From NCBI GenBank assembly GCA_963621665.1, contig CAVFEZ010000005.1, positions 6,005 through 70,004 on the forward strand: a stretch of 64,000 nt of DNA. Reading direction: 5' to 3'. The notes beneath the pieces are model-generated. The model had not been told where the DNA came from. It was given only the letters and a program-made list of their open reading frames with translations, and made no database searches. Both the position numbers and the translations under genes were made by a program. The stretch is from Akkermansia muciniphila (GTDB lineage Bacteria; Bacteroidota; Bacteroidia; Bacteroidales; Bacteroidaceae). This document shows, piece after piece, positions 33,837 through 41,181 of this stretch (position 1 is its first letter; each line of letters begins with the position of its first letter).

Positions 33837-35249
33837 ATGAAAAGACTATATTATCTGTTGTTGTCCATGGCCGCCGTCTGCATGACGCTCACCTCCTGCA
33901 GCGACGACACGGTGACCAAGACACCGCTTCAGGCTCCCGTCGTCAGCGAAGGGGCCAAGACGGTAAGCACCATCTCCTTCAGTTGGGCCCCGGTGGAGGG
34001 CGCGTCGCAGTATGCCTACGAACTGTACGATGCCGACGACAAGCAGGTGTCGGGATACGGTGGCGTCACCACCGCCACTTCATATATCGCCACCGGACTG
34101 AAGCACAACACGGCCTACACCCTCAAGGTCTGGGCCTACTCGCCGCTCGACGGCAACCGCTCGACATCTCCCGTGGCCACGCTCACGGCCACGACCAATG
34201 CGCCGCAGCCATTAGGCAAGCCGCAGGAAGCCGAAACCAGCATCAACGGTTCGTCTGTGACCGTGACCTGGCCGCAGGTAGACCATGCCACGGCCTATAC
34301 CTATACGCTCACCTCCGGCGGCGAGACCGTCGACTCGGGTACGGCCTCGGGCAACAGCGTGACCTTCGGCAACCTCGCCATAGGCGACTATACGCTGACC
34401 CTCGTGGCCACAAGCGACGACGAGAACTACTCCGACTCCGACCCGTTCACTGTCACCTTCAGCGTAGAGAAGAAGAAACAGGAGCAGTGGCGCGCTACAG
34501 GAACATACCACTCGTCCGCACTCGACAAGGACTTCACGGCCGACATCGTATCCTATGACGACGGTACCTACACTATAGAAAAGCCGTTTGGAGAAGAGGG
34601 CTACAACATCAGTTTCAGCGTAGACGCAGGCACGGGCATCCTCGTACCGCAGGATGCGTACACCGACAGCGACGGATGGACCTACTTCTATCCCAGCAGC
34701 GAGTATTATACGGGATCCTACCTCGGCGACGCATCCTACTCCAACTTTGAGGGCGACAAGAGCAAAGGCGAACTGTGGTTCGGTACTTATCTCTATCAGA
34801 TGGACGGTACGTCAGTGGGTGACTGGGGCTACGACACATTCACGTGGGAGAGCGCCGCACTGACCATCGACGACCTCTGCGGCACATACAATGCCCACGT
34901 GACGGGCTACGACTACTTCGACTTCACGGCATGGGCTACCATTGACCGTACCGACGAGGTGACCATCACCGACAACGGCGACGGCACGGTCAACATCTAC
35001 AACTTCTACGACTGGCAGGACAACTTCACGGCCACGGTCGATCTGGAAGCCGGCACGCTGAACGTCAGCCCCATGCAGAACTGGGGCGGGTACTATACCT
35101 TTGCCGATGCCGACGACGAGACGGCCGCCGTGACTGGTACCGTCAACAGCGACAAGACAATCACCTTCAGCAATTTCGGGGCATGGTACGGCGGCGCCAG
35201 TTACATCTACTCCGGCATGCAATGCGTGATGACCAAGAAGTCTGAATAG
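33837..35249 (+). CDS. Fibronectin type III repeat surface lipoprotein
   Basis: Lipobox LTSC-SDD; two FN3 repeats (SWAPVEGASQY...GLKHNTAYTLKV; TWPQVDHATAY...GDYTLTL). Confidence 0.82.
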   Translation: MKRLYYLLLSMAAVCMTLTSCSDDTVTKTPLQAPVVSEGAKTVSTISFSWAPVEGASQYAYELYDADDKQVSGYGGVTTATSYIATGLKHNTAYTLKVWAYSPLDGNRSTSPVATLTATTNAPQPLGKPQEAETSINGSSVTVTWPQVDHATAYTYTLTSGGETVDSGTASGNSVTFGNLAIGDYTLTLVATSDDENYSDSDPFTVTFSVEKKKQEQWRATGTYHSSALDKDFTADIVSYDDGTYTIEKPFGEEGYNISFSVDAGTGILVPQDAYTDSDGWTYFYPSSEYYTGSYLGDASYSNFEGDKSKGELWFGTYLYQMDGTSVGDWGYDTFTWESAALTIDDLCGTYNAHVTGYDYFDFTAWATIDRTDEVTITDNGDGTVNIYNFYDWQDNFTATVDLEAGTLNVSPMQNWGGYYTFADADDETAAVTGTVNSDKTITFSNFGAWYGGASYIYSGMQCVMTKKSE

Positions 35250-35265
35250 ACGAAAGTACGGTATA

Positions 35266-35313
35266 GAAACAATAAAGGCGGGTTCCCCCACAGGGACCCG
35301 CCTTTATTGTTTC
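35266..35313. terminator. Bidirectional terminator overlapping the stop of the convergent gene
   Basis: 18-bp perfect inverted repeat GAAACAATAAAGGCGGGT/ACCCGCCTTTATTGTTTC. Confidence 0.85.
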
Positions 35314-36401
35314 ATCCGCCAGAGGAAATGACCTACGCGGAAAAAGGGTTCGCTCAGGGCTTCTGCCGGATAGTAGACCAGCAGTCTGGCGTCACGGAAG
35401 AGGCGCTGCAGATTGTGTCCTATCACACCCGTGCCGAAATGGTAACGGGTCTCGTAGTGTCCGAAATTGCCTCCGCACACGATATCCTCGAGCAGCAGCC
35501 GTCCGCGCCGCGCATCGGGAGGGGCCATCATCCGGTCGTCCGGCATGGCCAGCACCTCACGGAGCACATACATCATCGCCCCGGCAAATTTCCATAGGCC
35601 CAAATGCCGCAGATGACGTTGAAGACCGGCTATGGCATCAGCCGTACGGGGAAGACCGGACAACACAAAATAGTAGTCGAGCACTTGCCGCAGCCCCACG
35701 CCTTCGAAGAAATAGTGGTGGTAGAGATGGAACAACTGGTACACGGCATTGAATGTCGCAGTGGGTACGGCCACACGACCGACATCCTCAGAAGCCAATG
35801 ACACCGTATTCGCGCATTGCTCCGCAATGTTCTCCCATAGCCATCTCTGCATACGGCGGTTGTGCAGAGGATTGGACATGATGGCGGGTGTGGTGTGCAG
35901 TTCCACGGCAACACCGTTCACAGTCAGTTCGATATGGTTGAGGCTTTCCTCCCCCACCTGTCCGTTGCGCGCCGACAGTGCCTCGGCAAGCAAGCGTATG
36001 TCCGCCCGCGGCGCATCCACCCACACATCCACGTCGCCCGGTGTCCGTGCCGACGGGTTGGGGTAAAGCACGGCATTGCCCTGCCCCTTGAGTATGCAGC
36101 AGGCGAAGCCCGCCTCCGTCACCTTGCGGTAGACATAGGCGGTGGCCTTGTCGAGGATATGGTTTCTCTTCCTGATAGTCTCGCTCACGCCCAGCCACTT
36201 CATCAACAACGGCAACGGCGGGGCTATGCCCTTTGGCAAGCGCTGCACACCGTCGAACACGATGCCGGCGAGTGTCTGCTCATTGGCAAACCGATAGAAG
36301 GCCGCCCAGTCAAAACCATGCAGGGCGGTACCGTCAAGAAACTCCTTGCCCTCATAGAGGCCCAACGAGAACTGTATGAACCGGAAATAAAGATTGTTCA
36401 T
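35304..36401 (-). CDS. Nucleotidyltransferase family protein (NTP_transf_5-like)
   Basis: ILKGQG...RTPGDVDVWV, VELH, HLYHH..GVGLRQ motifs. Confidence 0.8.
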   Translation of the reverse strand: MNNLYFRFIQFSLGLYEGKEFLDGTALHGFDWAAFYRFANEQTLAGIVFDGVQRLPKGIAPPLPLLMKWLGVSETIRKRNHILDKATAYVYRKVTEAGFACCILKGQGNAVLYPNPSARTPGDVDVWVDAPRADIRLLAEALSARNGQVGEESLNHIELTVNGVAVELHTTPAIMSNPLHNRRMQRWLWENIAEQCANTVSLASEDVGRVAVPTATFNAVYQLFHLYHHYFFEGVGLRQVLDYYFVLSGLPRTADAIAGLQRHLRHLGLWKFAGAMMYVLREVLAMPDDRMMAPPDARRGRLLLEDIVCGGNFGHYETRYHFGTGVIGHNLQRLFRDARLLVYYPAEALSEPFFRVGHFLWRMKQ

Positions 36402-36441
36402 CCTCTATACTTTAGATACCTGTAAGCATCACAGACAATAA

Positions 36442-36521
36442 GTCCCGTAGGGACGAAATATTATAGCGTAGGGGCGTGCCCCTACGTCTTGGAATGACCG
36501 TGACATTGCCCCTGTAGGGGC
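36442..36521. repeat. GTAG-type REP-like palindrome cluster
   Basis: GTCCCGTAGGGAC (36442-36454), CGTAGGGGCGTGCCCCTACG (36467-36486), GCCCCTGTAGGGGC (36508-36521). Confidence 0.75.
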
Positions 36522-36574
36522 GCATAATTCATTGATGAGACTGATCACGCTAAGGGCGTTTACCGTACACAAGT

Positions 36575-37297
36575 TTATCTCTCATGTGCAAAGATATTCC
36601 ACAAGAACAGGGCGTTGCCGATAATATACCGCCGCCACATACGCCGTGGTTCCTTGAGCAAGCGGTAGAGCCACTCCAGGCCGTGGCGCTGCCACCACAA
36701 CGGGGCGCGCTCCACGGTGCCGGCAAAGAAGTCGAACACGGCACCGACGGTACCCACATGACAGTCGATGTCAAGTTCGGCCCAGTGGACATACGTCCAC
36801 TTCTCCTGCTTGGGTGCCGTCATGCCTATCCAGAGCAGGTCGGGACGGGCGGCGTTGACAGCATCGATGATGGCGCGGTTGTCGGCATCTGAAAATTCGG
36901 GCTTGTAGGGCGGCGAATAGGTCACCACGTGCAGGCGGGGATATACCTCTGCCGCCCGCCCGACTACAAGCCGGAGCACGCGGTCGCTGCTGCCCATGAA
37001 CATCACCGTACCGCCCTTGCGGTTGAGCCTCTCCATCTCGTACTCGAAGAGATCCCATCCAGCGATGCGTTCCTTCGGTTGGCTCTTGGCCCCTATCCAC
37101 CGGCACGCCTTGACGATGCTCACCCCGTCGGGTATGAGCACGTCGCCACAGGTCAGCGCCTCGGCGAAAAGGGTGTCGCGGCGGGCCGTGTTGTACGAGT
37201 GGGCGTTGATGGTGTTGATCAGCAGTTTGCCCTCGGGCAACGAGGCCAGTGCAGCCTTGCTGCCCAGTATATTCAAGTTTTTCAGTCTAAACATCAT
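36575..37297 (-). CDS. WecB/TagA/CpsF family glycosyltransferase
   Basis: TINAH, PDGVSIV, RIAGWDL, GMTAPKQEKW, VGAVFDF, GLEWLYRL...RMWRRY. Confidence 0.92.
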   Translation of the reverse strand: MMFRLKNLNILGSKAALASLPEGKLLINTINAHSYNTARRDTLFAEALTCGDVLIPDGVSIVKACRWIGAKSQPKERIAGWDLFEYEMERLNRKGGTVMFMGSSDRVLRLVVGRAAEVYPRLHVVTYSPPYKPEFSDADNRAIIDAVNAARPDLLWIGMTAPKQEKWTYVHWAELDIDCHVGTVGAVFDFFAGTVERAPLWWQRHGLEWLYRLLKEPRRMWRRYIIGNALFLWNIFAHER

Positions 37298-38333
37298 GTT
37301 GATTGTAAGTGGATATGCTCCCGCATGGCGTTGTGCCGTGCAGATGGAGAAGATGCCGGAAATACCCGTTCTTGTTCTTGCCGGCCTCCGCAGCCTTGCG
37401 GTAGTTGAGTTTATGGAGGCTGACATGCGCTACGAGTTCGTCCCAGTCGGCCGCATTGAAATCCTTTGCCAACGCGCGGCCAAGCAGCAGACTATGGAAA
37501 CTGTTTTCACGCGGCATACGCCCGGCCTCCTCCGGGAACCGTCGGAGCGACATCCCCAGAAACAGATGTATGATATAGTAGTCTACCAGACAGTCATAAT
37601 CCCGCCAATAGGCCAGGAGCATATCGAGCACGGCGGCCACATGCCGCTGTCCGGGCACGGCGGCCACAAACCATGTAGACAGACCGACGGGCTGCGCCAC
37701 ACCCTTACGGAAATAGCGGAACAGGGTCAGCCGGCTCTGCATGATACGCTGCCAGCGGGTCTGCAACCGCTCGTCGGCGAAGCCTGTGCAGTAGACCGTG
37801 GCATCCATCCAGATGCCGCCATACTTCTTCAGCGCGGCCAGGCGCAGCAGGTCGCTGAACGAGGCAGGCGGTATCCGTCCCTTGCGGTACTTGCGGATGA
37901 TATCCTCTGGCAGGTCTACCCACTGCCGGTAATTGTCCATGTCGAGAACACGCACGTCGTACCCGGGCAGATGTTCCCTTTGCGACTGGAGACACGCCTG
38001 CACCATCTCCGGCGCTTGGCCGACGCCCTGCAGCCATGCCGACCATATGATTCGAGGCACCTCACATGACGCGCTGTCCTCCCGGACCGGACATCCGGCA
38101 CTGTCGGCATAGGCGTCGAGGATATGCCCGTAGCGGCACGCCAGCACATCGTCCACTTTGCGTGTAATGGCCGAGTAGACCTCCTTGGGCGACCTGCCCG
38201 ACAGGATGCAGCGCGCCAAAGCAGCGACAGCCGTACCCAGCACGCCCATACGGGCATACTGGCAGACAAGACGCCATCCGCCGAACTGGCGGTAGCGCAC
38301 GAGCAATCGGTCAAAGTCCTTCACGAGTCTCAC
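37287..38333 (-). CDS. Capsular polysaccharide synthesis protein (DxD glycosyltransferase-like)
   Basis: IIWSAWLQG...AP, SDLLRLAALKKYGGIWMDAT, HKLNY; GTG start; overlaps the WecB-family start. Confidence 0.85.
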   Translation of the reverse strand: MRLVKDFDRLLVRYRQFGGWRLVCQYARMGVLGTAVAALARCILSGRSPKEVYSAITRKVDDVLACRYGHILDAYADSAGCPVREDSASCEVPRIIWSAWLQGVGQAPEMVQACLQSQREHLPGYDVRVLDMDNYRQWVDLPEDIIRKYRKGRIPPASFSDLLRLAALKKYGGIWMDATVYCTGFADERLQTRWQRIMQSRLTLFRYFRKGVAQPVGLSTWFVAAVPGQRHVAAVLDMLLAYWRDYDCLVDYYIIHLFLGMSLRRFPEEAGRMPRENSFHSLLLGRALAKDFNAADWDELVAHVSLHKLNYRKAAEAGKNKNGYFRHLLHLHGTTPCGSISTYNQHDV

Positions 38334-38364
38334 CGTAATAATGTGTTTCAGAATGTATACAGGA

Positions 38365-38490
38365 CAAAGATACGTATTTTCTTCCGTTTACGCACAACAA
38401 CGGCCTGTAATTTTGGCCGGGCGGATGCGCCGTACAGAGGGAAAAGCAAGGGAAAAAGTTTGCTGCTTTGCGCAAGAAAGCGTACATTTG
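38365..38490. promoter_or_regulatory. Divergent promoter pair
   Basis: TATCTTTG on - at 38365-38372; TACATTTG on + at 38483-38490 with TTTG at 38459-38462. Confidence 0.6.
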
Positions 38491-38518
38491 CCGCACAGAC
38501 AAAGAACTCAGCAACATC

Positions 38519-38953
38519 ATGACAATAAGTCTTCATTCCACCATACCGTATGCGTATGCAGCCTGCATGCATGCCGACTGCCCCTTGTCGGGCCACTGTC
38601 TGAGACAGGTAGCCTACAAGGAGCTGCTGTCTACGAGCGACCGCTTCTGCATCGTCAACCCGTCGCAGTGCAGCAAGGATGACTCTTGCCGCTACTACCG
38701 CAGCAACGCCCCGGTGCGCTATGCCCGCGGATTCACGGGCATGCAGAAGCGGATGTATCCCGAACAGTACGCTACGTTCATGCAAATACTGATCGGCCGC
38801 TTCTCGCGCACTACCTTCTTCGAGCGGCGGCGCGGCGTAAGGCCGATGCCGCCCAAGGAGCAGGCCATCGTGCTGGAGGCACTGCGCAGAGCGGGAGTCA
38901 CCGAACCGATGGACTTTGACGCCTACGAGGAGGGCATCGACTGGCAGGACTGA
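38519..38953 (+). CDS. DUF6078-like Cys-rich protein
   Basis: IPYAYAAC..DCP...CLR, C.YY...ARGF, RRG.RP.PP.EQ..V, FDAYEE..DW pattern of this Bacteroidales family. Confidence 0.75.
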   Translation: MTISLHSTIPYAYAACMHADCPLSGHCLRQVAYKELLSTSDRFCIVNPSQCSKDDSCRYYRSNAPVRYARGFTGMQKRMYPEQYATFMQILIGRFSRTTFFERRRGVRPMPPKEQAIVLEALRRAGVTEPMDFDAYEEGIDWQD

Positions 38954-39018
38954 CACCGGACGGACGGCCTTACCCCCGCGGAAGAAATACGCCCCGGCGA
39001 GGGCCGTACAGAGGCGCA

Positions 39019-39102
39019 CAGTCAGTACGCGGCAGCAAAAACTCGAGTACGCGGCCCGCGTACTCGAGTACGCGCTACCGCGTACTGGCTGCGTACTGGC
39101 TG
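39019..39102. repeat. Palindromic 21-22-bp-period mini-array
   Basis: Central ACTCGAGTACGCGG-C-CCGCGTACTCGAGT palindrome; outer arms CAGTACGCGGCAGC/GCTACCGCGTACTG; duplicated GCGTACTGGCT. Confidence 0.85.
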
Positions 39103-39218
39103 ATGAGGACCGAAAAACACCAATGGCGGACTGCGCAAAGTACACCTGCACGGTCCGCCATTGTCATTGTGTGGCAGCGGCTCTATCAGCCGGGGTTTTG
39201 CTTGATATGGTGTGGCAT

Positions 39219-40442
39219 CTATGGTATAAGCAGAGAACTGTCACCATAACTGAGGAAACGGAAATCGTGACCGAGCGCATAGTCGTACACGCGGCGCCAG
39301 TCGCCGTGCAGGAAGGCACTGACCAGCAGAAGCAGGGTGCTCTGCGGCTGATGGAAATTGGTGACAAGCATCTTGACTATCTTGTACTCGTAGCCCGGGG
39401 CGATGATGATCTGCGTGCTGGTGTGCAGGGAGTTCAGACCGTTGGCATCAAGATAGGCGAGTATGGCCTTGACGGCATCCATAGGCGAGATGCCCTCTGT
39501 CATGGCGGCCGCATCGTAGGGGTCCCACTGATTGACGTGCAGTTCGTTTTCGGAAAGGCCAGGATTGTGCACCAGTTTGCAGCCGATATAGTAGAGGCTC
39601 TCCAGTGTACGCACGCTCGTGGTGCCTACGGCGATGGCCGAAGCGTCGTGACGGATGAGTTTCTCGAGTGTCTCGCGGTGCACGCAGATATACTCGGTAT
39701 GCATATCGTGGCCGTCGATGGTCTCCGACTTGACCGGTTTGAACGTGCCGGCCCCCACATGGAGAGTGATCTCCTCGCGGTCGATGCCGTGGCGGTCGAG
39801 ATCGGCAAGTACCGCATCGGTGAAATGCAGTCCGGCGGTAGGTGCAGCCACCGACCCCTTGATCTTGGAGTACACGGTCTGGTAGGTCACCTTGTCGCTT
39901 TCCTGGGTATCGCGGTTGAGGTACGGGGGGATAGGCAGTTCGCCGACCGACTCGAGGATTTCGGCAAACGACACCGCGTCGTCGTCCCATCCGAAGTCTA
40001 CCCAATGGCTCTTGCCGTGCTCTCCGCGACGCGTAGCCGAGAGCACGACATCCCTGTCGCCGATGCGGAGGGTACGCTGCAAGGTGCCTTCCTTCCACTT
40101 CTTGAGATTGCCGACCATGCACAACCATGCACACTGTCCGCGGCTCTGGAACATCAGTTCATAGTCGGTGGGGGCAGCCGGTTCGAGAAGGAACACCTCG
40201 ATGAGGGCACCGGTCTCTTTTCTGAAGTGGAGCCGCGCCTGGATCACCTTGGTGTTGTTGAACACCATCAGTGTACCGGATGGCAGGTATTGCGGAAGAT
40301 TGTAGAAATGGTCATCGGAGATGTCGCCGTGACGATAGACAAGCAGTTTGCTATGGTCGCGCCGGGCGATGGGAAATTTGGCGATGCGCTCGTCGGGCAG
40401 AGCGTAGTTGTAGTCGGAAATATGTATCTGTTTGGTATCCAT
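39219..40442 (-). CDS. queA: S-adenosylmethionine:tRNA ribosyltransferase-isomerase
   Basis: LPIPPYL, YQTVY, GSVAAPTAGLHF, LHVGAGTF, VGTTSVR, TNFHQP, FLSYGDS. Confidence 0.96.
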   Translation of the reverse strand: MDTKQIHISDYNYALPDERIAKFPIARRDHSKLLVYRHGDISDDHFYNLPQYLPSGTLMVFNNTKVIQARLHFRKETGALIEVFLLEPAAPTDYELMFQSRGQCAWLCMVGNLKKWKEGTLQRTLRIGDRDVVLSATRRGEHGKSHWVDFGWDDDAVSFAEILESVGELPIPPYLNRDTQESDKVTYQTVYSKIKGSVAAPTAGLHFTDAVLADLDRHGIDREEITLHVGAGTFKPVKSETIDGHDMHTEYICVHRETLEKLIRHDASAIAVGTTSVRTLESLYYIGCKLVHNPGLSENELHVNQWDPYDAAAMTEGISPMDAVKAILAYLDANGLNSLHTSTQIIIAPGYEYKIVKMLVTNFHQPQSTLLLLVSAFLHGDWRRVYDYALGHDFRFLSYGDSSLLIP

Positions 40443-40470
40443 GCAATAAAGGATAATTCTGATGAAAAGG

Positions 40471-41160
40471 CTAAAGGATGGTTCTGAACAAGGTATAGAC
40501 CAAGGTCAGGAGGAAGACGACGGCAACGATGTCGACATCGCTGCACTGGTAGCCGGTCACGGTGTACTGGGAGGAAATGTAGTTGAGCCGCGGCGAGATG
40601 CGGCGGTAGACCTTTCGGAACGTGAAATAAGTGACCGCACCGGAAACGGCGCCCCACAACAGGCCGACCGTGATGTCGGAGGGATAATGCAGCCCGAGAT
40701 ACAGGCGCGTGTAGCAGTTGAGCAGCGACCACGCCACAAGCACCACACCCAAAAGACGGTCGCGCACAAGGCAACAGAAGAACACGGCCAGCGAAAAGGT
40801 GTTGGCGGCATGGGCGGAAAAGAAACTGAAGTCGGTACCGCGCAAGTCGTTCACCACACGCACGGTGTACTTGTACAGCGGGTCATTGCCCGGACGGGGA
40901 CGGGCCGCGAGCGGTTTGGCGATAAAGTCGGCCATGCCGTCGGCGAGCACCACACACAGGAAGGCGCATCCGACAATGAGGAGGATCTGCGCCATCGTCT
41001 CATTGTTTTTCACAACGAGATACAACAACGACAGATAGAGCGGTATCCATGTCACACCGGAGGTGAGGACCACCATCCAGCGGTCAAGAAACAGCGAGTC
41101 GCTGCCATTGAAGAACGGCAGCAACTGGTGGTCGAGGTCTATGATTGTCTGTATGTCCAT
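40471..41160 (-). CDS. PAP2 family membrane phosphatase
   Basis: K...RPRP, SFFSAHAAN, TRLYLGLHYPSD; several TM helices. Confidence 0.9.
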   Translation of the reverse strand: MDIQTIIDLDHQLLPFFNGSDSLFLDRWMVVLTSGVTWIPLYLSLLYLVVKNNETMAQILLIVGCAFLCVVLADGMADFIAKPLAARPRPGNDPLYKYTVRVVNDLRGTDFSFFSAHAANTFSLAVFFCCLVRDRLLGVVLVAWSLLNCYTRLYLGLHYPSDITVGLLWGAVSGAVTYFTFRKVYRRISPRLNYISSQYTVTGYQCSDVDIVAVVFLLTLVYTLFRTIL

Positions 41161-41181
41161 ACGTTATGCCGTTTGTACAAA

